64,000 nucleotides of DNA from Methylobacteriaceae bacterium (GTDB taxonomy: Bacteria > Pseudomonadota > Alphaproteobacteria > Rhizobiales > Beijerinckiaceae): positions 4,235 through 68,234 of the forward strand of contig CANEZL010000007.1 of assembly GCA_947444195.1 (NCBI GenBank). Reading direction: 5' to 3'. Under the pieces are notes generated by a model. That model made no database searches. It saw only the letters and a program-made list of their open reading frames with translations, and was not told where the DNA came from. Positions 10,207-20,587 of this stretch are shown here, in pieces. Both the position numbers and the translations under genes were made by a program. The number at the start of each line of letters is the position of its first letter. Positions within the stretch are counted from its first letter, which is position 1.

Positions 10207-11181
10207 ATGACCAACCTGCGTTCCGTCGTCGTCGGCACGGGCTCGAGCCTGCCCGCGCAGGTGGTGACCAATGCCGCGCTCTCCGAGCGCGTCGACACCT
10301 CGGATGACTGGATCGTGCAGCGCACGGGCATCCGGCAGCGCTACATCGCCGGGCCGGACGAGACGACCTCCGTGCTCGGCGCCCGCGCGGCCCGGGCGGC
10401 CCTCGACGATGCGGGGCTCGGTCCCGACGACATCGACCTCGTCATCTGCGCCACCGCCACGCCCGACCACACCTTCCCGTCGACCGCCACGCAGATCCAG
10501 TCGGCGCTCGGCATCCGCCAGGGCGCGGCCTTCGACCTGCAGGCGGTCTGCGCCGGCTTCGTCTTCGGGGTCTCGACGGCGGACCGCTTCCTGCGGACGG
10601 GGGGCGCCCGCCGCGCCCTCGTCGTCGGGGCAGAGACCTTCTCGCGCATCCTCGACTGGGAGGACCGCACCACCTGCGTGCTGTTCGGCGACGGCGCCGG
10701 CGCCATCGTCCTGGAGGCCCGCGAGGCCGAGGCTGCGGAGGGGCGCGGCGTGCTCTCGGCGAGCCTGCGCTCGGACGGGCGCCACCGGGAGAAGCTCTAC
10801 GTGGACGGCGGGCCGGGCTCCACCGGCACCACCGGGCGCCTGCGCATGGAGGGACGCGAGGTCTTCCGCTTCGCCGTGGGCTCCGTCACCGACGTCATCG
10901 TGGAGGCGCTGGAGCGCGGTGGGGCGACCGCCGAGGATCTCGACTGGTTCGTGCCCCACCAGGCCAACCGCCGGATCATCGAGGCCTCCGCCGACAAGAT
11001 CGGCATCGCCCGCGACAAGATCGTGCTCACGGTGGACCGGCACGGCAACACCTCGGCCGCATCGATTCCACTGGCCCTCGACGTCGCCCGCAGGGACGGG
11101 CGCATCCGCGAGAACGACCTCGTGATGATCGAGGCGATCGGGGGCGGCTTTACCTGGGGTGCCGCCCTGATCCGCTGGTAG
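10207..11181 (+). CDS. fabH: Beta-ketoacyl-ACP synthase III
   Basis: [41 protein letters not shown]. Confidence 0.96.
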   Translation: MTNLRSVVVGTGSSLPAQVVTNAALSERVDTSDDWIVQRTGIRQRYIAGPDETTSVLGARAARAALDDAGLGPDDIDLVICATATPDHTFPSTATQIQSALGIRQGAAFDLQAVCAGFVFGVSTADRFLRTGGARRALVVGAETFSRILDWEDRTTCVLFGDGAGAIVLEAREAEAAEGRGVLSASLRSDGRHREKLYVDGGPGSTGTTGRLRMEGREVFRFAVGSVTDVIVEALERGGATAEDLDWFVPHQANRRIIEASADKIGIARDKIVLTVDRHGNTSAASIPLALDVARRDGRIRENDLVMIEAIGGGFTWGAALIRW

Positions 11182-11223
11182 GACGCCGTCCAAGAATTTG
11201 CGCCGGGCTTCGCCGGGCTCGGG

Positions 11224-11252
11224 TTGACCCGCGCACGGACGCCGATTAGCGT
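11224..11252 (+). promoter_or_regulatory. Putative sigma70 promoter for ihfA
   Basis: TTGACC-N17-TAGCGT about 60 bp upstream of the ATG. Confidence 0.5.
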
Positions 11253-11314
11253 GCCGGATCATAGAGATACGTCGTTATCGACGGTCCGGGAACGTCGCTG
11301 ACGAGGGGGCAGGC

Positions 11315-11641
11315 ATGGCAGGCAAGACGGTCACACGCGCCGATCTGAGCGAGGCCGTCTACCAGCAGGTCGGGCTGTCGCGGACCGAGTCGGCCGCCCT
11401 CGTCGAGACCGTGCTCTCCGAGATCTGCACCTGCCTCGCCGAGGGCGAGACGGTGAAGCTCTCCTCGTTCGGCTCCTTCGTGGTGCGCAGCAAGGGCCGG
11501 CGAGTCGGCCGCAACCCGAAGACCGGTGTCGAGGTGGCTATCGAGCCGCGTCAGGTCATGGTGTTCAAGCCCTCGAACGTGCTGAAGGCCCGCATCAACG
11601 GCGTCGCCAACGGCGCCGACGAGGAGGCCGACGACGACTGA
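11315..11641 (+). CDS. ihfA: Integration host factor subunit alpha
   Basis: [34 protein letters not shown]. Confidence 0.96.
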   Translation: MAGKTVTRADLSEAVYQQVGLSRTESAALVETVLSEICTCLAEGETVKLSSFGSFVVRSKGRRVGRNPKTGVEVAIEPRQVMVFKPSNVLKARINGVANGADEEADDD

Positions 11642-11671
11642 GCGTCCCCGCCGGCCCGGCACAGACCGGCG

Positions 11672-11953
11672 TCAGCAGCCCCGGCAGATCGAGCCGAGGG
11701 TGCTGCGCATCTTGGCATCCCAGGCCTTGTTGCGCGCGGCCGTCTCCTGCTGGGCCTTGAGCATCTGCGCCTCGGTGGTGGGCTTCAGCGGCGTGCCCGT
11801 GTTGGAGGGCGGCTTAGTCTGGCCCGTCGCCGTGACGGACCGGCCCCCCTTCGGCGCGGCGCCGGGGACGGCCTCGGGCGCGGCGGGCTGCGCCAGGGCG
11901 CTACCGCCCGTGAGCGCGCCGCCGAGGAGGAGGGCGGTGAGCATCTGACGCAT
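11672..11953 (-). CDS. Small secreted hypothetical protein ending in ICRGC
   Basis: Signal peptide MRQMLTALLLGGALTGGSALA-Q, host-like codons, C-terminal CxxC. Confidence 0.65.
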   Translation of the reverse strand: MRQMLTALLLGGALTGGSALAQPAAPEAVPGAAPKGGRSVTATGQTKPPSNTGTPLKPTTEAQMLKAQQETAARNKAWDAKMRSTLGSICRGC

Positions 11954-12085
11954 GGTGTGGGACTCCGGGCCTCTCCTGCGATCCGCAGCGGACGCGCCGC
12001 GCGGGCCGATCCGGATTATGACAGGGTGGCCGGGGCTTGGGAAAGGCCGGGGGACGGGATGGGCGGCGCGCGCGAGACGGCGGGG

Positions 12086-12391
12086 ATGAATCGTCGCGAG
12101 GCCGTGGCCGCGGCGCTGCACCGGATCGCGCCGCGCCTGCCCGCGTTCGAGGCCGAGGCGGCCCTCGACCGGGCCCTGGCGAGCCCGGGCCTGCGCGGGG
12201 CCGCCCCGGAAACGGCCGCGCGCCTCGCTCTCGTCGCCTATGCCCGCCACGTCTTCACCGATTACGACGACCTGCTGGCGGACGGCTACGACCGGGACAG
12301 CGCGCGGCATTTCGTCCTCGACGACCTGAACGCCGTGCTGGCCGGCTGGGGTGCGCGGCCGGTCCCGGAGACGGAGGAGGAACCGGACTGA
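12086..12391 (+). CDS. DUF2293 domain-containing protein
   Basis: LVAYARHVFTDYDDLLADGYDRDSAR...VLAGWG. Confidence 0.75.
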   Translation: MNRREAVAAALHRIAPRLPAFEAEAALDRALASPGLRGAAPETAARLALVAYARHVFTDYDDLLADGYDRDSARHFVLDDLNAVLAGWGARPVPETEEEPD

Positions 12392-12460
12392 GCTCGCCGC
12401 CCGCCGCACGCGTCCTATAGAAGGAGGCACCGCCGGCGCGGCCGGTTCCGGGAACCCGCC

Positions 12461-12670
12461 ATGAAGATCAGCGCGCGCAACGTGCTCAAGGGCAAGATCG
12501 TGTCCGTCGAGAAGGGCGCCACCACGGCCCACGTGAAGATCGAGATCGCCCCCGGACAGGTCGTCACCGCCGCGATCACCAACGATTCGGTGGACGCCCT
12601 GAAGCTCGCCCCCGGCGCCGACGCCTACGCCGTCGTCAAGGCCTCGGACGTGATGGTGGCCGTGGACTGA
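12461..12670 (+). CDS. TOBE/Mop molybdate-binding protein
   Basis: MKISARNVLKGKI...AAITNDSVDALKL..G..AYAVVKASDVMV; followed by a TGAGC-TTCG-GCTCA hairpin. Confidence 0.92.
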   Translation: MKISARNVLKGKIVSVEKGATTAHVKIEIAPGQVVTAAITNDSVDALKLAPGADAYAVVKASDVMVAVD

Positions 12671-12910
12671 GCTTCGGCTCATCGGTTTCCGGCCGTTCGA
12701 GAGGCCGATCCGGCCGCGTCCCGAGGCGAGGGGTTCCAACGGCCAGGCGAGCGGATGGCGGTTCGGTGCGCGCTCGTGCGCCGAATCGTGTTGGGGGCCG
12801 TGGACGCTCGCGGCCCGATCGGGCACGGCTCCCGCGTTGCGATCCGGCCGGCGGCCCGGATACAAGGGGCACCCGCCAGGCCCGCCCGCGCCCAGGACTT
12901 TCACGCGTCC

Positions 12911-13963
12911 ATGAACATCCTCGGTATCGAGACCACCTGCGACGAGACCAGCGCGGCGATCGTCGGCCTCGACGGGGAAGGCGGCGCCGTCATCCGCGCC
13001 AACGAGGTCCTGAGCCAGATCGCCGAGCACGCGGCCTATGGCGGCGTGGTGCCCGAGATCGCCGCCCGCGCCCATGTGGAGGTGCTCGACCGGCTGATCG
13101 AGCGCGCCCTGGAACAGGCGGGCACCGGCCTCGACGATCTCGACGGCATCGCGGTGGCGGCGGGACCCGGCCTCATCGGCGGGGTGCTGGTGGGGCTGGT
13201 CACCGCCAAGACCCTGTCCCTGGTGACCCGCAAGCCGCTCCTGGCCGTGAACCACCTGGAGGCGCACGCGCTCACCGCGCGCCTCACCGACGGGCTCGCC
13301 TTCCCCTACCTGCTCCTCCTCGCCTCGGGCGGGCACACCCAGCTCGTGGCGGTGAAGGGCGTCGGGGACTATGTCCGCCTCGGCGGCACCATCGACGACG
13401 CCATCGGCGAGGCCTTCGACAAGGCGGCCAAGCTCCTCGGACTCGGCTATCCGGGGGGCCCCGAGGTCGAGCGCATGGCCGAGGCCGGCGATGCCGAGCG
13501 CTTCGCCCTGCCGCGGCCGATGCTGGGGCGGCGCGAGGCCGATTTCTCCCTGTCGGGCCTGAAGACGGCCCTGCGCGTGGAGGCCGAGCGCATCGCGCCG
13601 CTGGCCGAGCGGGACGTCGCCGATCTCTGCGCGAGCTTCCAGGCCGCGGTCACCGACGTGGTGGTGGACCGGGCCCGGGTGGCGCTGCGCGCCTTCTCGG
13701 GGGTGGCCGGGCATCCCACCGCCCTGGTGGCGGCGGGCGGCGTCTCGGCCAACGGGGCCATCCGCCGGGCGCTCGCCGCCCTGGCGGGCGAGGCCGGCCT
13801 CGCCTTCGTGGCGCCGCCCCTGGCTCTGTGCGGCGACAACGGCGCCATGATCGCCTGGGCCGGGCTGGAGCGCCTGCGCCTCGGCCTGACCGACGACCTC
13901 ACCGCCCCCGCCCGCGCCCGCTGGCCCTTCGCGGAGAGGCCGTCCGCCGCGGTCGCCGGGTGA
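12911..13963 (+). CDS. tsaD: tRNA N6-threonylcarbamoyladenosine synthase subunit TsaD
   Basis: [60 protein letters not shown]. Confidence 0.96.
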   Translation: MNILGIETTCDETSAAIVGLDGEGGAVIRANEVLSQIAEHAAYGGVVPEIAARAHVEVLDRLIERALEQAGTGLDDLDGIAVAAGPGLIGGVLVGLVTAKTLSLVTRKPLLAVNHLEAHALTARLTDGLAFPYLLLLASGGHTQLVAVKGVGDYVRLGGTIDDAIGEAFDKAAKLLGLGYPGGPEVERMAEAGDAERFALPRPMLGRREADFSLSGLKTALRVEAERIAPLAERDVADLCASFQAAVTDVVVDRARVALRAFSGVAGHPTALVAAGGVSANGAIRRALAALAGEAGLAFVAPPLALCGDNGAMIAWAGLERLRLGLTDDLTAPARARWPFAERPSAAVAG

Positions 13964-14910
13964 GGGCCCCGCGCCTCGTCCTGCCGCGCGGCAACTTCCC
14001 CGCGATCCGTGCCGAGGCGCCGGTCCCGGCCCGGCCCGCGGCGGCGCCCGCGGACCTCCAGGCCCGCTGGCGCGACCTCGTGGACCGGCGCCTGCCCGAG
14101 GCCGCGCGGGGGCAGGGGGGCTGGACCGTGCGCTCGAACCACGGCTTCGCCCGCGTCCTTCTCGACAATGCCTGCAACGGGCCCTGGCGCGAGAGCGTGC
14201 GCCCGCCGGCCTGGGCCAACATGCCCCCCGAGCGCCTGTCCGCCGCCGTCGCCCTCGGGGAGGCGGTGCTCGCGGGCGCGGCCGACCTCGCCCTCCTCGA
14301 CCGGCGCTCCCTGCTCTGGCGGGGCCGGCGCCCCGTGCCGCCCGCGCCCGAACTCCTGACCTGCGGCGACCTCGTTCTGCGCCGCTGGCGCCGGAGCGAC
14401 GACGAGCCCTTCGCCGCCCTGAACGCCGACCCGGCCGTGATGGCCCATTTTCCGGCCCTGCGCAGCCGCGCGGAGAGTCTCGCCGAGGCCCGCGCCCTCG
14501 ACCGGCGCTTCGAGGCGGACGGGTTCGGGCCCTGGGCGGTGGAGGAGGCCGGCCGGTTCGTGGGCTTTGCCGGCGGCATGCGGGTGATGCGGCCGATGCC
14601 GTTCCCCGGCGGCGCGCAGCCCGGCACCTGCGTCGAGATCGGCTGGCGCCTCGCGCGCGCGGCCTGGGGGCGGGGCATCGCCACCCGCGCGGCGCGCGTG
14701 GCCCTCGCCGACCTGTTCGGGCGTTGCGGCATCGGGGCGGTTCTGGCCTATACCGCCAGCGGCAACCACCCCTCGCGGCGGGTGATGGAACGGCTCGGCA
14801 TGGCGGCGGACGGCACCTTCGCTCATCCGCTGCTGCCCGCCGGGCATCCCCTGAGCCTGCACGCGCTCTATCGTCTGGAAGCCGAGGCCGTTCCGGGAGG
14901 ATGCGCATGA
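13960..14910 (+). CDS. Fusion of a small uncharacterised N-terminal domain and a RimJ/RimL-type GNAT acetyltransferase
   Basis: GTG overlaps the tsaD stop. N-terminal [15 protein letters not shown]...PPAW; C-terminal [50 protein letters not shown]. Confidence 0.75.
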   Translation: MRAPRLVLPRGNFPAIRAEAPVPARPAAAPADLQARWRDLVDRRLPEAARGQGGWTVRSNHGFARVLLDNACNGPWRESVRPPAWANMPPERLSAAVALGEAVLAGAADLALLDRRSLLWRGRRPVPPAPELLTCGDLVLRRWRRSDDEPFAALNADPAVMAHFPALRSRAESLAEARALDRRFEADGFGPWAVEEAGRFVGFAGGMRVMRPMPFPGGAQPGTCVEIGWRLARAAWGRGIATRAARVALADLFGRCGIGAVLAYTASGNHPSRRVMERLGMAADGTFAHPLLPAGHPLSLHALYRLEAEAVPGGCA

Positions 14911-15902
14911 GCGAGAGCGAAGCGGTGGCCGTCGTCGGCGGCGGCTCCTGGGGCACCGCCCTGGCCAATGCCGTCGCCGTGCGCCGTCCCGTCACCCTGT
15001 GGCTGCGCGATGCCGCGGCGGCGGAGCGGATCGAGGCCGCCCGGGAGAACGCCCGCTACCTGCCCGGCGTCCCCCTGCATCCGCGCATCCGCGCCACCGC
15101 CGAGCCGGCGGCCCTGCGGGGCGCGGGCGCGGTGCTCCTCGTCACCCCGGCCCAGACCGCGCGGAGCGTCCTCGGCGCGCTCGGGCCGGACCTGCCGGAG
15201 GGCGCGCCCGTGGTGCTCTGCGCCAAGGGAATCGAGCGCGGCAGCGACGCCTTCATGAGCGACGTGGCCGCCGCCGTCCTGCCGCCCGGCACGCCGGTGG
15301 CCGTCCTCTCGGGACCGAGCTTCGCGGCGGACGTCGCCCGCAACCTGCCCACCGCGGTGACGCTCGCCGCCGCGGACGGGGAACGCGCCGCCGCGCTCGC
15401 CCGCCTGCTCTCGGGGCCGGCCCTGCGCCTCTACCACACCGACGACGTGCGCGGCGTCGAGATCGGCGGCGCGGGCAAGAACGTGCTCGCCATCGCCTGC
15501 GGCATCGTCGCCGGGCGCGGCCTCGGCGAGAGCGCCCGGGCCGCCCTCGTCGCCCGCGCCTTCGCCGAGCTGATGCGCTTCGCCCGCGCCTATGGCGGCC
15601 GGGCGGAGACGCTGATGGGTCTGTCGGGCCTCGGCGACCTCGTCCTCACCGCCGCCTCGCCGCAATCGCGCAATTTCGCCTTCGGCGAGCGCCTGGGCGC
15701 CGGCGCCTCCCCGGAGGAGGCGGCCGGCGGAAAGCTCGCGGAGGGAGCCTTCACCGCCGCCGCCCTCGTGGCGCTCGCCCGCGCCCGCGACGTGGAGATG
15801 CCCATCGCCGAGGCGGTGGCGGCCATCGTGTCCGGTGCGGCGCAGGTCGAGGAGATGGCGGCCCGCCTGCTCGCCCGGCCGCTCAAGGGGGAGGCCGAGT
15901 GA
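14907..15902 (+). CDS. gpsA: NAD(P)H-dependent glycerol-3-phosphate dehydrogenase
   Basis: VVGGGSWGTALA, CAKGIE, SGPSFA, GGAGKNVLAIA, GLGDLVLT..SPQSRN. Confidence 0.95.
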   Translation: MSESEAVAVVGGGSWGTALANAVAVRRPVTLWLRDAAAAERIEAARENARYLPGVPLHPRIRATAEPAALRGAGAVLLVTPAQTARSVLGALGPDLPEGAPVVLCAKGIERGSDAFMSDVAAAVLPPGTPVAVLSGPSFAADVARNLPTAVTLAAADGERAAALARLLSGPALRLYHTDDVRGVEIGGAGKNVLAIACGIVAGRGLGESARAALVARAFAELMRFARAYGGRAETLMGLSGLGDLVLTAASPQSRNFAFGERLGAGASPEEAAGGKLAEGAFTAAALVALARARDVEMPIAEAVAAIVSGAAQVEEMAARLLARPLKGEAE

Positions 15903-16360
15903 GCGGGCCGATCCACGCCTTCCTCGCCGGCACGGGGCGGGACGGCGCCGGCCGCTGCCTCGCCGACGTGCTCGCCTTCGACGACGTCCGCATCGAGGGC
16001 GTGCACGACTTCATCCAGTGGTGCTTCCCCCTGGCGCAGGCGAGCCGCGCGGTGCCCGGCGCGCCGGTGCTGACGGCGGCGGAAGCCGCGGCGATCCGGG
16101 CCGACCCGCAGGCGCTGGCGGGGCTCTCGGCCGCCCGGGACCGGATGCGGCGCTTCTACGCGGAGACCGGGTTCTGGCTCTGCGCCCACGACCACAACCA
16201 CCTGCGCATCACCCGCATCCTCACCGCCCTGCGCGACCTTCTCGGAGCCCCGGAGGCCGAGGCGTTCCACGCCTTCGTCACCGCGCGCAACGCGGAGGCC
16301 GGCGCCCCGATCAACCCGGACAGCCTGCGGTTCTGGCGGGCCGCGCTCGGCAGCGCCTAG
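15899..16360 (+). CDS. Opioid growth factor receptor (OGFr) conserved-region-like protein
   Basis: HDFIQWCFPL and DHNHLRITRIL motifs; GTG overlaps the gpsA stop. Confidence 0.7.
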   Translation: MSGPIHAFLAGTGRDGAGRCLADVLAFDDVRIEGVHDFIQWCFPLAQASRAVPGAPVLTAAEAAAIRADPQALAGLSAARDRMRRFYAETGFWLCAHDHNHLRITRILTALRDLLGAPEAEAFHAFVTARNAEAGAPINPDSLRFWRAALGSA

Positions 16361-16500
16361 AGCACGATGCGGAAAAGTGGAATCCGGTTTTCCGACATCA
16401 TCGTGCGACCAAAAAGAGATAGAGCATGCTGCTGTTTCCGTGAAAAAGCAGCATGCTTTAGAGCACGACGCGGAAGCGGGATCCGGTTCCTCGAAATCAC
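16358..16500. repeat. Cluster of Rhizobiales-type hairpin repeats (MITE/REP-like)
   Basis: Three TAGAGCA-headed units: a 46-bp hairpin (16361-16406), AGCATGCTGCT-loop-AGCAGCATGCT (16423-16457) and a degenerate copy from about 16462. Confidence 0.75.
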
Positions 16501-16687
16501 CCCGTTCCCACGATGACATGGCCCGGCCCGCCGCTCGCGTGAGCGGGCGCCCCGGCCCGGGGCCTCGGTCATCGGCCGTTAAGCATGTTCGCACATGACA
16601 TCACGGGCGAGGGGAGGCAGGCTTTCGTCCGCGGACGGATGTCCGCCTCGCCGTGACGTTCCTCATGACCGTGCAGGGGTTCCGACC

Positions 16688-16996
16688 ATGCCCAAGCAGA
16701 TCGTCGTCACCGTGCCGCACGCCCTCGGCGCCGCCGAGGTGCGCCGCCGGCTCGACAAGCACACGGACTGGGCCAAGACCCGTCTGGAGAAGGACAACAT
16801 CGCCGTCTCCATCTCGGAGTGGGACGGCGACGCGCGCAGCTTCGCCGCGACCGCCCTGGGGCAATCCGTGAGCGGCAGCCTCGGCGTCGCCGAGGACAGC
16901 CTGCGCTTCTCGGCCTCGCTGCCCTGGACGCTCGGCATCTTCTCGCCCGCGATCGAACTCGCCGCCCGGCGCTACGCGGCCGATCTCCTGGCCTGA
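16688..16996 (+). CDS. Putative polyhydroxyalkanoic acid system family protein (PHA_gran_rgn-like)
   Basis: IVVTVPHALGAAEVRRRL...W.GD...F.A.ALGQSVSG.L.V....LPW.L. Confidence 0.7.
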   Translation: MPKQIVVTVPHALGAAEVRRRLDKHTDWAKTRLEKDNIAVSISEWDGDARSFAATALGQSVSGSLGVAEDSLRFSASLPWTLGIFSPAIELAARRYAADLLA

Positions 16997-17016
16997 TCCC
17001 CGCGCCGGATCGACCG

Positions 17017-17044
17017 CCTCGCGGGGAGGGGCCGGAGGTGGGGT
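17017..17044 (+). repeat. REP-like GC-rich element, copy 1
   Basis: CCTCGCGGGGAGGGG-ccgga-GGTGGGGT; near-identical to 21994-22022. Confidence 0.5.
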
Positions 17045-17059
17045 CTGGATCGGGCGGCG

Positions 17060-17962
17060 CTACGAATCGGCGCCGTCCAGGATCGCGGCGCGCAGAGCCG
17101 GCAGGCAGGGATTGACCGTGTCCCGCCGCCACGCGAGCAGCAGTTCCGGCCGGGCGCTCGCCGGCAGACCGATGGCGCGCAGGGTCACGTCCGCGAGGCG
17201 GAGCGCGCGGGCGCCCTCCGGCACCAGGGCGACGCCGAGACCGGCCCCGACGAGGGCCAGCATCGCGTGCACCTGGTTCACCCGCTGCACGATGCGCGGG
17301 CGCACGCCGCCGCCCTCGAACAGGGTGTCGAGGAGGTCGATGAAGTAGCGCCCACCCCGCGGCGACCACGTCACGAAGGCTTCCCCGTCGAGGTCCTTCA
17401 GGATCGGCGCCCGGCCGGTGGCCAGGGCGTGGCCGCGCGGCACCGCCAGCAGCAGGCGCTCGCGGACGAGGGGGGCGGTGACGATGAGGCCGTCCTCGGC
17501 GCGCAGCGCCGGGGCCGGGCGCAGCAGGGCCAGATCGATCCGGTTGCCGTCGAGCGCCTGGATCTGCTCGTCGGAGACCATCTCCTCCAGCACGAGGTCG
17601 ACCTCCGGCAGGCTCGCACGGATCTGGGCGACGAGGCGGGGCAGGGTGCGGAAGGCCGAGGCCGCGGTGAAGCCGAGGCGGACGAGCCCGCTCTCGCCCC
17701 GCGCGGCGCGGCGGGTGATCCGGGCCGCGCTCTCGGCCGCGCCGATCACCCGGTAGGCCTCGGCGAGGAAGGTGCGCCCGGCCGGGGTGAGCCGCACGGC
17801 GCGGGTGCTGCGCTCGAGCAGCGTCACGCCGAGCGTCTGCTCCAGCATCTGGATCTGCCGGGAGAGGGGCGACTGGGTGAGGTTGAGGCGCAGGGCCGCC
17901 CGGCCGAAATGCATCTCCTCGGCGACGGCGATGAAGCTGCGGGCGTGGCCGAGATCGAACAT
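17060..17962 (-). CDS. LysR-family transcriptional regulator, divergent from the glucarate genes
   Basis: FIAVAEEMHFGRAALRLNLTQSPLSRQIQMLE...LLERSTRAVRLTPAG. Confidence 0.95.
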   Translation of the reverse strand: MFDLGHARSFIAVAEEMHFGRAALRLNLTQSPLSRQIQMLEQTLGVTLLERSTRAVRLTPAGRTFLAEAYRVIGAAESAARITRRAARGESGLVRLGFTAASAFRTLPRLVAQIRASLPEVDLVLEEMVSDEQIQALDGNRIDLALLRPAPALRAEDGLIVTAPLVRERLLLAVPRGHALATGRAPILKDLDGEAFVTWSPRGGRYFIDLLDTLFEGGGVRPRIVQRVNQVHAMLALVGAGLGVALVPEGARALRLADVTLRAIGLPASARPELLLAWRRDTVNPCLPALRAAILDGADS

Positions 17963-18070
17963 TGATGCAGGATCCGGGATAATCCAGCTAAAATCAACGT
18001 TGGACGCACAAACGGGGTCCGCTTAACCCACTCCCCAACGCCGGAAAGGCGTATCCAGGGAGTGAAGCAG

Positions 18071-18985
18071 ATGTCCAACATGACCCCCGCCGAGATGGCC
18101 CGCGTGCTGGGCTCCGGCCTCCTCTCCTTCCCCGTCACCCATTTCCGCGACGATTTCAGCTTCGACGAGAGCGCCTACCGGGACAATCTCGGCCGCCTCG
18201 CGGACTTCAAGGTCGCCGGCCTGTTCGCCGCCGGCGGCACCGGCGAGTTCTTCGCCCTCACCCCCACCGAGGTCGACACGGTGGTGCGCGCCGCCGTCGA
18301 GGAGACCCGCGGACGCGTGCCGGTGATCGCGCCGTCCGGCCAGGGCACGGCCCAGGCCGTGGAATACGCAAAGGCCGCCGAGGCCGCGGGCGCCGACGGC
18401 ATCCTGCTCCTGCCCCCCTACCTCGTCGGCTCCGAGCAGGCGGGCCTCGCCGCCCATGTGGAGGCCGTCTGCCGCGCCACCTCCCTCGGCGTCATCGTCT
18501 ACAACCGCGCCAACGCCCAGCTCAACGAGCACACCCTGGCGGGCCTGTGCGAGCGCTGCCCGAACCTCGTCGGCTTCAAGGACGGCGTCGGCGACGTGGA
18601 ACTGATGACCCGGATCTACGCCGGGCTCGGCGACCGCCTCACCTATGTCGGCGGCCTGCCCACCGCCGAGACCTTCGCGCTGCCCTATCTCGAGATGGGC
18701 GTGACCACCTATTCCTCGGCGATCTTCAACTTCCTGCCCGAGTGGGCGCTGTCCTTCTACGACTCCGTGCGCCGCCGCGACCGCGACGCCGTCTACCGCG
18801 AGCTCTCCGCCTTCGTGCTGCCCTACATCGCGATCCGCAACCGGAAGCGCGGCTACGCGGTCTCGATCGTCAAGGCCGGCATGACCGCCGTCGGCCGCCA
18901 CGCCGGCCCGGTGCGCCTGCCGCTCACCGACCTGGACGCATCCGAGATCGCCGAGCTCAAGGCCCTGATCGGCGACCGCCGCTGA
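18071..18985 (+). CDS. kdgD: 5-dehydro-4-deoxyglucarate dehydratase
   Basis: [57 protein letters not shown]. Confidence 0.93.
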   Translation: MSNMTPAEMARVLGSGLLSFPVTHFRDDFSFDESAYRDNLGRLADFKVAGLFAAGGTGEFFALTPTEVDTVVRAAVEETRGRVPVIAPSGQGTAQAVEYAKAAEAAGADGILLLPPYLVGSEQAGLAAHVEAVCRATSLGVIVYNRANAQLNEHTLAGLCERCPNLVGFKDGVGDVELMTRIYAGLGDRLTYVGGLPTAETFALPYLEMGVTTYSSAIFNFLPEWALSFYDSVRRRDRDAVYRELSAFVLPYIAIRNRKRGYAVSIVKAGMTAVGRHAGPVRLPLTDLDASEIAELKALIGDRR

Positions 18986-19127
18986 GCCCTGCCCGGAGCC
19001 GTGCCCGATCGGGCGCGGCTCCGCTCGCCGTTCCGGCGCCCCCACGAGAACAGGCACGCCGACCCATCGGCGGCTCGAACCGGCCGCCCGCGCAAGACCG
19101 GCGGCACACAAACCAGGGAGAACGTTC

Positions 19128-20477
19128 ATGAGTGCCACCACGAGCGGCACGACGAGCCCTGCGCTCGCCGTGGATGCCGCGCGCCGGACCCGGGTCCGGC
19201 TGCTGATCGTGCTGATGCTGTTTGCGGCCACCACGATCAACTACGCCGACCGGGCGACCATCTCCATCGCCGGTCCCGACATGGCCAAGGAACTCGGCCT
19301 CACGCCGGTCCAGATGGGCTACGTCTTCTCGGCCTTCGCCTGGTCCTACGTGCTCGCCCAGATCCCGGGGGGCTGGCTCCTCGACCGCTACGGCGTGAAG
19401 TGGGTCTACGCGGCGGCGATCGCCCTGTGGTCGGCCTTCACGCTCGTGCAGGGCGCGGTGGGCTTCTTCACCGGCATGACCGCGGTGGTCCTGCTCTTCG
19501 CCCTGCGGCTCGCGGTCGGCCTCACGGAGGCGCCGGTCTTCCCGGCCAATGCCCGCATCGTCGCCGCGTGGTTCCCCACCCGCGAGCGCGGCATGGCCTC
19601 GGCCTTCTTCAACTCGGCCCAGTACTTCGCCACCGTGCTGTTCACGCCGCTGATGGCCTGGATCGTCCACACCTTCGGCTGGCACCACGTCTTCACCAGC
19701 ATGGGCGTGCTCGGCATCGCCTTCGCCGTGCTCTGGCTGCAGGTCATCCACAGCCCCAAGACCCATCTGTCGATGAACCAGGCCGAGCGCGAGTACATCG
19801 AGGCCGGCGGCGCCCTGCTGGAGATGGACGGCGTCGGCGGGAAGAAGCAGGCCGATGCCGGCAAGACCCTGCGCCAGCTCCTCGCCAACCGGATGCTGCT
19901 CGGGATCTATATCGGCCAGTACTGCATCACGGTGCTGACGTACTTCTTCCTGACCTGGTTCCCGGTCTACCTTGTGAAGGAGCGCGGCCTCTCGATCCTC
20001 CAGGCCGGTTTCGCGGCCGTGATCCCGGCGCTGTGCGGCTTCATCGGCGGCATCCTCGGCGGCGTGATCTCCGACATGCTGCTGCGGCGCGGCTACTCGC
20101 TCACCGTGGCCCGCAAGGTGCCGATCGTCGGCGGCATGCTGCTCTCCATGAGCATCATCGGCTGCAACTACGTCCAGGCGGACGCCCTGGTGGTGGGCCT
20201 GATGGCGCTGGCCTTCTTCGGCAAGGGCATCGGGGCGCTCGGCTGGGCCGTGGTGTCCGACACCTCGCCGCGGGAGAGCGGCGGCCTCTCGGGCGGCCTG
20301 TTCAACACCTTCGGCAACACCGCCGGCATCACCACCCCGATCGCCATCGGCTACATCGTGCAGCAGACGGGCTCGTTCAACGGCGCCCTGGTCTTCGTGG
20401 GCCTGAACGCCCTGGTGGCCTGTTTCTGCTACCTCGTCGTGGTCGGCGAGATCCGCCGTGTCGAGCTGAAGCCCTGA
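19128..20477 (+). CDS. gudP: MFS D-glucarate/D-galactarate permease (GudP/GarP-like)
   Basis: [55 protein letters not shown]; operon context. Confidence 0.85.
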   Translation: MSATTSGTTSPALAVDAARRTRVRLLIVLMLFAATTINYADRATISIAGPDMAKELGLTPVQMGYVFSAFAWSYVLAQIPGGWLLDRYGVKWVYAAAIALWSAFTLVQGAVGFFTGMTAVVLLFALRLAVGLTEAPVFPANARIVAAWFPTRERGMASAFFNSAQYFATVLFTPLMAWIVHTFGWHHVFTSMGVLGIAFAVLWLQVIHSPKTHLSMNQAEREYIEAGGALLEMDGVGGKKQADAGKTLRQLLANRMLLGIYIGQYCITVLTYFFLTWFPVYLVKERGLSILQAGFAAVIPALCGFIGGILGGVISDMLLRRGYSLTVARKVPIVGGMLLSMSIIGCNYVQADALVVGLMALAFFGKGIGALGWAVVSDTSPRESGGLSGGLFNTFGNTAGITTPIAIGYIVQQTGSFNGALVFVGLNALVACFCYLVVVGEIRRVELKP

Positions 20478-20587
20478 GCCGAGGTTCCGCGGGCCGGCTC
20501 CGGCCGGCCCGCCCCCGGACGCCTTGCGCACCCGCTCCGCCGAAGAGCCTCCAGGCCCGGCCCCGAGAACAATCACAGGAGGACGCC

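Noticed and set aside
11672-14995. 1107-aa minus-strand ORF and other long antisense ORFs (929-2719, 47336-49522, 57626-61834, 49291-51681)
   Set aside because: Shadow frames of real genes in high-GC DNA, Arg/Ala/Gly/Pro-rich with no motifs. Only short terminal parts (11672-11953; fabG 57626-58363) are real genes.
16358-16500. Possible CRISPR or mini-array (also 23871-23970)
   Set aside because: Only 2-3 degenerate units with spacers of about 11-13 bp and no cas genes; fits hairpin repeats better.
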